A stretch of DNA of 63,517 bases, counting the filler, from Octopus bimaculoides (lineage: Eukaryota), in the NCBI RefSeq assembly GCF_001194135.2. It is 9 parts of 7 records of this genome, joined end to end, with 100 filler letters (N's around TTAATTAATTAA, not from the genome) between each part and the next. Parts side by side here need not be neighbours in the genome. Positions count along the whole stretch, not along the records: positions 46,868 to 56,634 come from NC_068988.1; positions 56,735 to 60,066 come from NC_068989.1; positions 60,167 to 62,316 come from NW_026391004.1; positions 62,417 to 63,517 come from NC_068982.1; 5 more parts are not named here. The stretch is one strand, 5' to 3'. This document shows positions 51,501 through 63,517 of this stretch, piece by piece. The stretch's first letter is position 1. Every line of letters begins with the position of its first letter. The notes under the pieces are model-generated. The model was not told the origin of the DNA and ran no database searches. It was given only the letters and a program-made list of their open reading frames with translations. A program made the position numbers and the translations under genes.

Positions 51501-51907
51501 AGCATGTACACGAATGTACTTTTCTTCTTATATTGGCTCCACAAAAAAAAAAAGACCGAAGCGAAAATAAAAACCAACAAAAACAATCAAATAACAGAAA
51601 TTAAATCAAAAAGAGTGAAACAACAATAATAAATAGAGAATAGTTCTCATACAATGCATACCGATACTTGACAACATATAATTGGTTCCTGACAAAGTAA
51701 CGTAAGCAGAATATTTGAAATCTTTGATAAGTTGCCAGATGTGTCATTAAAGAAATATTATTTAACGTTCAAGTTAAAGCTTATGTAAGCTGTGACAAAT
51801 GCCTTTGATTATTAGAAGCATGGCCTTCAGAAAGTGCAACAGTATTCACTTGAAACACGATTTCAAACAGAAGTAATATTTGTGAAATGATTTTATAAAA
51901 AATGCCT

Positions 51908-51942
<35 letters not shown>

Positions 51943-52376
51943 ATCGTTATTCCTCCCTGTGCCTGTGAAATATTGTATCCCTGCTGTAAGGCCTTATTTC
52001 CATATACGCCAGCTTAATTTAATTCGTCCTTAGTCGAAAGACATCTGTTGTTATATCCTGTTTTTATTCTTACTGTATTTGTGTAACATTGTTCGTTGTT
52101 TTCCGTTTTTGTTTTTGTATATATTCGCTGCTTTCTTCCAAGGAATCTAATGCTCTTAGCTTAGTTTTTCTTTGGGTCTGGCCAGACTGGAGCAATATCA
52201 AGAATAACCAGCCGCAATTGCAAGGATAATCTGGATCTCGACTGAAGAGAAAAACTCCGAATGACCTGTCCGTGTTTTCTTTGTATCGTCCATCTGGATG
52301 TTTTGTCCCTTTCTTGTATCACCTGTCAGGATGTTTTGTGTTCTTCTCCCATTCTGTATTATTTACATACACCCCC

Positions 52377-52407
<31 letters not shown>

Positions 52408-53651
52408 GTATATNNNNNNNNNNNNNNNNNNNNNNNNNNNNNNNNNNNNNNNNNNNNNNNNNNNNNNNNNNNNNNNNNNNNNNNNNNNNNNNNNNNNNNN
52501 NNNNNNNNNNNNNNNNNNNNNNTATATATATATATATATATATGGTGTATCGCGTCTCTGTCGTTCGATTTATAATTCCCGGTGCTCTGTTTAGAGCTTC
52601 ACTTAAGGGTATCATCAATCTGTCTACTGTCAATGTGATGGTTTGTCATTGTTATAGTTCTTAGGAGAATTAATAGTTTAAATATACAGAGATAATGTAG
52701 AATGAATTATGATAAACTCAAGATGTAGGTATTATGCACTGTTCCCAGCCTACGTTTCCCCATCGCTTTTATTATTGCATGCTCTGCCGTGGTGTCCAAT
52801 TGCAATTAGATACGGAACCACAGCAACAGCTGGTAGTTATGGTTATTCGAATTTCACGTGTCTGATCATCAGGCTGGGGCCGAGAAGCGGTAAATTCCAT
52901 ACATTGTTTAGGGTATATAGGAAGAATATATAACTACCCATTTGATTAGAACAAAAGAAAAGTAGAAAATGGGTGGAAAGAAATGAAAGAAAAAAAATTT
53001 TAAGGCAGAAAACAAAAACAAATACTTGTATTGGTCGAAGATTGTGAAAGAGTGTTCCCATTATGTTTACACGCTGGTTGACATTTGGAATCAAAATTTG
53101 ACTGAGAGTCAATTGTAAATGGCAAACCTATAGAAATGTAATTGCAATGCCAAATGTTCGTATTCACTCCAGTCTTTCACATTTGAGCGAAATTTACTGG
53201 TGATCCGCATTCGTATAATTGTAGGTGCCCCAATATGGCCGTAGTCCAATAATTGAAACCAATAAAAGAAATGAAAGGTAAGAGTTTTAAACGTATTGAA
53301 AGTAAAATATAGTTTACTTCTACTGCACTTCATATCCAAAATGAAGATCTGGAACTCGAAATTTGAATAACCAAATATGTGGTGCCAGCTGTTGCAATCT
53401 TAAATAAATCTTTCCCACTGGAACTAAGTGTTGTATTTCTCGTCATTTCATATTATAAGGTGAGTGCGTCCAAGTGTGTGTGTGTGTGTGTACGTGCGTG
53501 CGTGTTTGTGTAAGCATTTGTCTTTGTATATATATATCTATATTTGTGTGTGGGTTGGTTTGTTTAGGTGTGTCTGTCTATGTATGAAAGCATCTGTGAA
53601 TATATCATAAACACATACCTGCGTATTTGGGGCTGAAAGTAGATGTCTGTT

Positions 53652-53683
<32 letters not shown>

Positions 53684-55328
53684 TGTGTTTGTGTGTGTAT
53701 TTGTATGTTTGTAAACATAAACATCATGTACACAATGAAGTAAAATTTAAATATTTTCTAAATCGATAAAGATCTGGTTTCATAAATTTATTGCAAAAAG
53801 CGGTTATCATGTGTCGTTGTAATTTCATGCATTTCCATCGTTAAGGTATGAAAGGAATCGAAAAGATCCTGTTTCGCAATTTTCAGTGAAGACTAGCAAT
53901 ATGAGACAAACGTTGTACATCGTGTATACTTATNNNNNNNNNNNNNNNNNNNNNNNNNNNNNNNNNNNNNNNNNNNNNNNNNNNNNNNNNNNNNNNNNNN
54001 NNNNNNNNNNNNNNNNNNNNNNNNNNNNNNNNNNNNNNNNNNNNNNNNNNNNNNNNNNNNNNNNNNNNNNNNNNNNNNNNNNNNNNNNNNNNNNNNNNNN
54101 NNNNNNNNNNNNNNNNNNNNNNNNNNNNNNNNNNNNNNNNNNNNNNNNNNNNNNNNNNNNNNNNNNNNNNNNNNNNNNNNNNNNNNNNNNNNNNNNNNNN
54201 NNNNNNNNNNNNNNNNNNNNNNNNNNNNNNNNNNNNNNNNNNNNNNNNNNNNNNNNNNNNNNNNNNNNNNNNNNNNNNNNNNNNNNNNNNNNNNNNNNNN
54301 NNNNNNNNNNNNNNNNNNNNNNNNNNNNNNNNNNNNNNNNNNNNNNNNNNNNNNNNNNNNNNNNNNNNNNNNNNNNNNNNNNNNNNNNNNNNNNNNNNNN
54401 NNNNNNNNNNNNNNNNNNNNNNNNNNNNNNNNNNNNNNNNNNNNNNNNNNNNNNNNNNNNNNNNNNNNNNNNNNNNNNNNNNNNNNNNNNNNNNNNNNNN
54501 NNNNNNNNNNNNNNNNNNNNNNNNNNNNNNNNNNNNNNNNNNNNNNNNNNNNNNNNNNNNNNNNNNNNNNNNNNNNNNNNNNNNNNNNNNNNNNNNNNNN
54601 NNNNNNNNNNNNNNNNNNNNNNNNNNNNNNNNNNNNNNNNNNNNNNNNNNNNNNNNNNNNNNNNNNNNNNNNNNNNNNNNNNNNNNNNNNNNNNNNNNNN
54701 NNNNNNNNNNNNNNNNNNNNNNNNNNNNNNNNNNNNNNNNNNNNNNNNNNNNNNNNNNNNNNNNNNNNNNNNNNNNNNNNNNNNNNNNNNNNNNNNNNNN
54801 NNNNNNNNNNNNNNNNNNNNNNNNNNNNNNNNNNTATATATATATAAACTGTAAGAACAGACATGCATAAGCTAAAAACGCTGATTGCAACAGTGGAAAG
54901 CTTCATCACATACATGACATGCAATCACCTGATACTTGATCAAAGTATTAGGTATATTGTGAATTCCAGATGCAACATTAATGTGTGCATATTCTGCAAT
55001 TTCCGCCTAATTTATTGGAAGGAACATCCCGCTACACCGGGCATTTATGCATATATCCACATCTATATGTGTGCATGTATGCGTTTATGTGCATGAGTAC
55101 GTGCGTTTGTTTGTGTGTGCGTGGATGTGTAATGTATGCGGATAGACGAAGAAATATGGATGAATAACTAGATAGGTCAATATATACCAACTTATAAATT
55201 CATAGATTCATACAAACAGGTGCATATGTGTATATAGAAGAAAAGAATATTTATAATATAAACATATATGCATGAATACATACAAGCACACACATACAGA
55301 CACACACACATCTAAATACATATATACT

Positions 55329-55378
<50 letters not shown>

Positions 55379-56734
55379 ATATTTATAAATATGTATATAT
55401 ATAGAGAGAGTGAACAAGAGAAATGGATAGCTAGATGGATACATTCAATCACTGTGTATAAATACTTCCATGCATCAGGTGTGTGAGTATATATGCGTGT
55501 ATGAGTATGTTTGTATGTATGTACATATGTGCGTGTGGGAGGGTGTATATAACGTTTCCCATTTCAATTCATTATAATTATGCTCTACTACCCACGGTGC
55601 TATAATTTTTCACCTTCTCTCTTTCAATCTCCCTCTATGCTTACTTCTCTTCAATTTCCATTTCACTCTCTCCCATTCAGTATATCTGATTCCCACGTGA
55701 CTTTGTTTCTCTCCTTCTCTCTTTACATGCACATACACTCACACGGACATGCACACACATCTCACACGCATACACACACGCATACACACACGCATATATA
55801 TTAGGTGTGTGCTTGTCTATTTCTCGTTTAATATTTCTTTTTCTCACTCCGTCTCTCTCTTTCTCATTTATCTTGTACGTTCCACTCTTCAGTTTCCTTC
55901 TATTATTTCCCTTAGCTTTAAGCTACACCACTTTACTGACGAGTATAATCTAAAGAAAATTTGTCTGAGCAGTTATTTCACACTCGTGTAAAAGAAATTT
56001 TAAAAAAATGGAACCCAAAATAAAACTAAATTGACAGAATACCGATTAAGGAAAAATAAAATCACAAAACCAAAATTAAAACGAAAACAAAAAAAAACTT
56101 CTCCCTAAATTAGCAATGTTTGTAGTTCCCTAAAAATTGTGGTTCTCGTCCATCTGCAAAAATGGTTCTAAATTGAGTATTCACAATCTGATTCATTAGT
56201 AATCAATAGTTTAAAACGATACTGTTGCGAGAATAAAGAAAACGTAGCCGCTAACTTTTATTCAATAATCATTTCTGCACAAATGCGATCAACATTTCTA
56301 GTTTCGTTTTCCATAAGAGAGCGTCTTTCTTGGTTAATTTCTTCCTTACAGTTTTCTTTTCCTTTCTTTCTTCCTTCCTTTCTTTTTTCCTTCCTTCTTT
56401 CCTCCCATCCTTCTTTCCTTCCTTTCTTTCCTCTTGCAATTCTCGTTCTTCCGTTTCCCACACCATTCCTCCACTTTATTCACTTTTTCACATCATCATC
56501 AACACCATCATCACCATCATCATTATGACTACCACAATCACCAACAACATAGTCGTCATCGTCGTCGCCAATATGATCATACTCCATGCATCTCCCCCTC
56601 CTCCTCCTCCTCCTCCTCCTCCTCCTCCTCCTCCNNNNNNNNNNNNNNNNNNNNNNNNNNNNNNNNNNNNNNNNNNNNTTAATTAATTAANNNNNNNNNN
56701 NNNNNNNNNNNNNNNNNNNNNNNNNNNNNNNNNN

Positions 56735-57460
56735 TTATATAAAAATATCTTGAAATGTTAAAGGGTAAATTTATTTTAAGAAATCGCCATTGGCTTCAAC
56801 CACTGCCGCCAGACGACTTTGGAATCTCCTGCAACTCTTCTGGACGTCTCCTTGTTTAAGTTGGTGAATGCTGCCATAATCCTTGCCTTTAGTTCATCTT
56901 TAGTGATACAAGGAGTTTCGTTGGTCTCACGCTCAACTGCGCCCCACACATAATAATCAAGGTTTTGTAGTCTGGAGACTTTACTGGCCAGATGTTAGTG
57001 GCCAGATGTTAGGAGTGATGTGGTCGCAGAAGTTGTCTAATAGCTATGACTCGGTTCTCTTGTTTGTGTGGCATGGCGCCAGACATAAGATCTTCCAGTA
57101 GCCGCCCTCTTGACCCAGGGCAGCAGTACCTCCTCCGAGCACTTGATGTAGGCTTTCGTGGTGAGTCTGAGGCCGTGTGGGAAGATGAATGGCGGTACAA
57201 GTCCTCAGAATGCACTGCCTTTAGATTGACACCCAAACGCTCTGAAATGTTCTTATTGGAGCTACCGGTGCGAATGCCAAGCAGTACGGCATGTCATTTC
57301 CAAACTTTTTGGCAGAGTGAATTGCGTGATGGAGTTCTGGTTTTCTCAGAGACGGTAACCAACTGACCATACTATGCTGAGTAATTGATAAAATACAACT
57401 AAGCAATGCGCATTTGCAAAATAAACTACATACTGGCGACAATTTACCCATCGCACTCTG
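56735..57460 (-). mobile_element. Tc1/mariner-superfamily transposon remnant (maT/DD37D-like), internally deleted
   Basis: Broken frames read PFIFPHGLRLTTKAYIKC.EEVLLPWVKR, IWPVKSPD and TKDELKARIMAAFTNLNKET. The terminus TA|CAGAGTGCGATGGGTAAATTGTCGCC is at 57460. Confidence 0.85.
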
Positions 57461-57531
57461 TATATGTCTGTGTATATCTATATATATATTTGTATATATA
57501 TATATATGTATGTATGTATGTATGTGTATAA

Positions 57532-57562
<31 letters not shown>

Positions 57563-57610
57563 TGCATATATATACACGTATATAATCTATATATATATGC
57601 ACACACACAC

Positions 57611-57645
<35 letters not shown>

Positions 57646-58266
57646 TGTATGTACGTAAGCATGTGTGTGCGTGCGTGAGTGTGAAGCTATTGGTTCACGA
57701 TCGTAAGGTGATTTCGGTCCCCAGCGGTACGTAATGTCTTTGAGCAAAACACTTTAAATTCCTTATTTCATGTTTTTCCAGATTAACCAGCTGGCAGAGA
57801 ATTGCTGCACCAACAATTCAAAGGATCAGTCCTGTCACATTCTTTGACATGCTAAACCTCCATGAAAACAACGTTGACACTATGCGTGTCTGTGGCGCGA
57901 TCTGTCCATTTTAACTTCACGACGAGGCTGTGCACATTAGTCTTCAACTGGACACCTCGTCGTCGTAAACGATGGAGTGTCGGTTGTGTACACAGAGACA
58001 GATGAGACAGAGAGCATTCTGTATATCTTTCTTAACGTGGATATATTGCAGATGGCCAGAAAACTGCGGGGATTCGGTTCAAGAGAGCGTGATGTATAAG
58101 TATGTGGTGCTAAACTACACAGAATTATATCAATCGCAGATGCAAAGTGGCCAGCTGCGGAGGAGGAATTACTGCATCTAGATTTTGCTTGTTTGAGCGT
58201 CATCAGTAACAAGTATTCCCTAACTACTGTATGCTGAGACAAATCCAGTTTCTGTATGTGTACACA

Positions 58267-58350
<84 letters not shown>

Positions 58351-59549
58351 CACACACACGCATGTATGAGTATACCTACAAATTACATCTATATGTACAC
58401 ACTCACGCGCGCGCACACATGTATATTATGTATTACACAGCATCTGCTGTATAATTTTCATTGAATGGCTTCAATAGATATACACTTAACTTCTCTGTGA
58501 AAAAATGAGGAAATATTTTACAACGAAGCTTGGAACTCACCGCAGGGAGAGAAAGTTAGATTATGCGACACATTTTTTTTCTGTTGACAGAGATCAATTA
58601 TTTATATTTGTTTTTATTCTGTAGGAATCTGAAAACTAAAACATGGAAAACTAATTTTCATAAGTCTTCATGCACATACAACCTAGATGATTAGTTTATT
58701 AATATTAAGTAGCTAGTGCATGATCTGATAACTGGAAATGTTAGAAACCTTTCTTTTAATAAATATACGTGTGTACATGAACAGTAGCTATACGTTGTTG
58801 GACTTTTGTTGGACACAAGATGAGCATTGTTTTGCTGACGAAGGCCTAACAACACTAGACTCAAAGCATTTTGTACCTAGGTTTATTGCTCAGTGACGAA
58901 AAATATAACCCTAACCACTTGTTTACTATATCTCACGTGAAGGTATACATCTCAATGTATACAATGCAGATCCTGTACAACGTTAGAAGTTATTTCAGTA
59001 ATTAAACCCATTTTCGGTACTTATTGTGATACAAAAGAAGACTTGTTAAGCTGAAACGACTATCCTCTTATCTTAAATACAATAAGTCGGTTCCTTTCTC
59101 AATGTTAAATCAACTTTGGAAAATTCTTGATACCTCAAATTAACTCCCTTTCTCATATTCAGTTGGTCCCAATTCATATTTGGTAATTATGCCACAGTGT
59201 CGAGCAGTACAGGTTGTATGTGCATGAAGGCTTATGAAAATTAGTTTCTCATATTTTAGTTTTCAGATTCCTACAAACTAAAAACAAATATAAATTACGT
59301 CTGCCGGTAGTAAAATATGTCGTTTTTAAATTTCTTGCGCCATGGTTCTGTTTTGTTTTTTTTTACAGAAGGTGCCCAACTGACCCTACTATACTGCGTG
59401 GTCGGCAAAATCAAAACCAAACCATGTGCATGCGCGAAATAAAAAAATACAAAACGGTGACAATATACCTACTGCATACTGTACATATACATGTATGTGT
59501 AAATATATGTATGTATTATGTATGTATATATGTATGTATGTATGTATGC

Positions 59550-59600
<51 letters not shown>

Positions 59601-60033
59601 AGATAACATGAGGAAGGAGAATACCAAGCTTTAATAGCAAAGAACAACTTTTGTTTATGCACCCGAATACCAGTTTTAAGTTGCTAAGTTCACATTTATA
59701 TATCATTATATACAGTTATTCCTTAGAATTACTAAATTAAATATTTTTCAGCAACAACTGTGTATAAGTCTTCCTCAGGTGGAATGCGATCAAGTAGTGT
59801 GGGATGCTTTTGTATTTCCGTCAGTTTTACCATATCCATAATCATCGACTAATCAGTTCATTAGATCCCGGGTGACACATACTGTTGTAGTGACACAAAA
59901 GCAAACACAAATAAAAATAACAAAACCAAATCTACCTACGTGATAGTCATAACAAAATAAAAGTAAATAAATCTGAAGATGGCTTTTATCAAGTAGTAGA
60001 CGAAGCGTGTCAATGTATATATATATATGTGTG

Positions 60034-60066
<33 letters not shown>

Positions 60067-60239
60067 NNNNNNNNNNNNNNNNNNNNNNNNNNNNNNNNNN
60101 NNNNNNNNNNTTAATTAATTAANNNNNNNNNNNNNNNNNNNNNNNNNNNNNNNNNNNNNNNNNNNNATATATATATGTATGTGTGTGTATATGTTTGTGT
60201 GTCTATGTTTGCCCCCAGATAGCCAGAAAGGAGGCTGGG

Positions 60240-61111
60240 TGACAGGTATACATAGCCAAGGGAGAAACAGAAATGAAGAAGTTTGTCGATGTTCAGCGAT
60301 GTGAGGACCAATGTACTGAAGTATTTCAGATTGAAAGACAGAGTGTGACAGAAAATTGTGATGTTACAGGAGAGAAATGTGTCCGCATGGATGATAGTGC
60401 ACTTGCTTTTAATGATTCTGAAAAGAAACAAGCTTGAAGAAGTCATTATGAAAGGCTGCTGAATGTGGAGAATGAATGGGAGGAGGAGAGCCAGCCAAAT
60501 GTTGACCCAGTAGCAGGATCAGCTACCCGAATAGATAGCACCTTGGTAGATAAAGCAATATAAACCAGGTAGTTCACAAAGGAGTCATACCCAATGAATG
60601 GCGTAGCAGCACCATAGTCAACTGCTACAAAGGTAAAGGTAATGCGTCAGATAGAAATAACTACAGGGGTATGAAACTGCTGGATCAGGTACTGAATTTC
60701 ACGGAGAGAGTGATAGCCCAATTAATTAGGGAGAGAGTCTGCTTAGATGAGATGCAGTTCGGTTTTGTGCCANNNNNNNNNNAGGGAGAGAGTCTGCTTA
60801 GATGAGATGCAGTTCGGTTTTGTGCCAGATAGGAGCATCACTGATGCTATATTCCTGGTACGGCAACTGAAAGAGAAATACCTATCTCAAGATAAACCTC
60901 TATACTTACCTTTTGTTGACTTAGAGAAAGCTTTTGACAGGGTCCCCCGATCCCTTATCTGGTGGGCAATGTGAAAACTGTGGATTGATTAGTGGTTAAT
61001 AAGAGCTGTACAGGCAATGAGTATAGCGAAGAATTCCAGGTAGAAGTAGGGGTTCATCAAGCATCAGCCCCCTCTTATTCATCATAGTCCTCCAGGCAAT
61101 AACAGAGGAAT
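60240..61111 (+). mobile_element. RTE LINE reverse transcriptase fragment
   Basis: Reads NYRGMKLLDQVL, QFGFVPDRSITDAIFLVRQLKEKYL, FVDLEKAFDRVPRSLIWWAM and a degenerate GVHQ.SALSPLLF motif. Confidence 0.9.
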
Positions 61112-62439
61112 NNNNNNNNNNNNNNNNNNNNNNNNNNNNNNNNNNNNNNNNNNNNNNNNNNNNNNNNNNNNNNNNNNNNNNNNNNNNNNNNNNNNNNNNN
61201 NNNNNNNNNNNNNNNNNNNNNNNNNNNNNNNNNNNNNNNNNNNNNNNNNNNNNNNNNNNNNNNNNNNNNNNNNNNNNNNNNNNNNNNNNNNNNNNNNNNN
61301 NNNNNNNNNNNNNNNNNNNNNNNNNNNNNNNNNNNNNNNNNNNNNNNNNNNNNNNNNNNNNNNNNNNNNNNNNNNNNNNNNNNNNNNNNNNNNNNNNNNN
61401 NNNNNNNNNNNNNNNNNNNNNNNNNNNNNNNNNNNNNNNNNNNNNNNNNNNNNNNNNNNNNNNNNNNNNNNNNNNNNNNNNNNNNNNNNNNNNNNNNNNN
61501 NNNNNNNNNNNNNNNNNNNNNNNNNNNNNNNNNNNNNNNNNNNNNNNNNNNNNNNNNNNNNNNNNNNNNNNNNNNNNNNNNNNNNNNNNNNNNNNNNNNN
61601 NNNNNNNNNNNNNNNNNNNNNNNNNNNNNNNNNNNNNNNNNNNNNNNNNNNNNNNNNNNNNNNNNNNNNNNNNNNNNNNNNNNNNNNNNNNNNNNNNNNN
61701 NNNNNNNNNNNNNNNNNNNNNNNNNNNNNNNNNNNNNNNNNNNCAGTGTCATATATTTGGCTCTTGGCACATAATGCACAGGGTATTGCAGTTCAGACAA
61801 TCTTGTGTATGCAGCAAGAGGCTGTGTTTAGCTAAAAATGCAATAGAGGCATAATCATTGCTGTGGAAACAGTATGTCTTTATATAGACTGACATTGCAA
61901 GAGCCATGCTGTTGCATCAAGTCTTCAAATTCAGGGTGTGTAACGGTTGTTGTTGTTGCAGATGTGCAAGATGAATCAGGAACCGTGCTCGAAGTTGTAA
62001 AGAAATATATAATTACTGTTACTTAATGTAATGCCATGCCTCAATGGCAGGTGTGATATAACTGAAAGAGCATGCGGGGTTCAGAAAGTTAATTTCGGCC
62101 TGTATGTGTGTACACGTTCTTATTGTAGTAGTAAACCATAGATAGTAATGTTGTAAGAGAAAAGAAATTGAGCGAGTGAAAGTCAGAGTCAAGGGTGATT
62201 GTAACCTTCTTTCTCCCTCTGGCCATTTGTCCTTTGTGGCTGACTGCTTGTGGCCAGGACTCTAGCTGATCTCTGTTCACTATCACTAACTGATTTTGCC
62301 TTACCAAATTCTAGTANNNNNNNNNNNNNNNNNNNNNNNNNNNNNNNNNNNNNNNNNNNNTTAATTAATTAANNNNNNNNNNNNNNNNNNNNNNNNNNNN
62401 NNNNNNNNNNNNNNNNATATATATATATATATATATATA

Positions 62440-62566
62440 CAGAGTGTCCACAAAGTTTGGGTACATGGAGTAAATAAAATCATAACATAAACAATTAAAT
62501 ATACGAAATAATAATTTCTTAAAGTATGTATTAATCCCTATGTATCGAGATTTTGTGGACTCCCTG
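62440..62566. mobile_element. Tc1/mariner-derived MITE
   Basis: About 30-bp imperfect TIRs (CAGAGTGTCCACAAAGTTTGGGTACAT / ATGTATCGAGATTTTGTGGACTCCCTG), flanked by TA on both sides. Confidence 0.7.
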
Positions 62567-63517
62567 TATGTATGTATGTATGTATGTATGTATGTATATT
62601 CTAAAGAGATTGGTGTTTGTCTGCGTCGACATGATTCGTATTAGTAAAATCGACAAAAAGAGTACAGTGCCGAGGACAGTGGAAAATTAAACGTTTCGTA
62701 CAATGCTCATCTTCAAGGAAAAGTTAACAGGAATAATTAATCTTGCCAACTTTTCCTTTTGAGTTACTTCATCTCTCTGTAAGACAAACGCAAGAAGATA
62801 ATTTTGATAAGATGGTCATTACCAAAAGAAACTACTCGAACTGTTGTCGAATTCGTCTTGCAATTACAGCCTTCTGGTCTAATTATATACTTCGTCCTTC
62901 AGATTTAGCCACAGAGTGTTTTTACTTGTCGAACATATTAAATATGCAAACGTCTTAACAATTCATATATATGATTTTTGTGTATGTCTGCGTATGTATG
63001 TGTAAGGTATATAATATAATTTCAAATTTTCGCACAAGGTCAGAAGTTTCGAAGGAAGTGGTACTCATTTTATCGATCCCAGGAGGATGAAAGGCAAGGT
63101 CCACCTCGGTAGAATTTGAACTCCGAACTTAAAGACAAATGAAATGCACTAAGCAATTTTTCTGGCATGCTAACGATTCTGCCAGTTCGCTGTCTTTGTA
63201 AGGTGTATAATCCTTTCTAGTATAACAAGCCTGGAATTTTGGTGGAGGGGACTAGTCGATTAGATCGACCCCAATATTTCACACGTACTTAATTCATCGA
63301 CCCCGAAAGGATGAAAGGCAAAAACGATTTTGGCGGAATTTGAACTCAGAGCGTAAAAACGGGCGAAATACCACTAAGCAATTTCCCCGGTGTGCTAACG
63401 ATTCGGCCAGCTCGCTGCCTTTGTAGGGCGCATAATATAAACAAGATAATTCAATATCGCGTTCAGTAACTGAAGGTGGAGATACATTAAAACGTTTTTC
63501 TTTTTTCTTTTTTTGTT

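Noticed and set aside
60729-60825. Direct repeat of 44 bp across a 10-N gap in the RTE RT
   Set aside because: Contig overlap artefact.

Overview
AT-rich, repeat-dense eukaryotic genomic DNA with many N gaps. Eight gaps carry an artificial TTAATTAATTAA linker. The SINE, LINE and mariner families and the microsatellite load look like octopus (inference). The ORF track is almost all microsatellite or N noise; the real genes are small spliced exons that it misses or only partly covers. Three partial or complete genes can be built by hand from splice sites and phase. (1) A + strand two-Ig-domain gene at ~6.8-14 kb, with a TATA/Inr-like promoter, phase-1 Ig exons, a 33-nt micro-exon, no clear transmembrane exon and a disrupted-looking leader. 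(2) Four in-frame + strand exons at 27.4-35.4 kb encoding an ependymin/LolA-fold-like domain plus linker. (3) The first four coding exons of the small GTPase ARFRP1 on the - strand at 42.1-46.2 kb. Genes 2 and 3 converge and both lack their 3' halves around the gap at 39.55 kb. ARFRP1 intron 3 holds a 169-bp near-perfect foldback, and further inverted copies of the same repeat flank exon 3. The rest is LINE remnants (Tx1/L1-like, RTE, R4-like, Penelope), several tRNA-derived SINE families, MITEs, a mariner remnant and a 23-bp minisatellite. No rRNA, bona fide tRNA or CRISPR array was seen.
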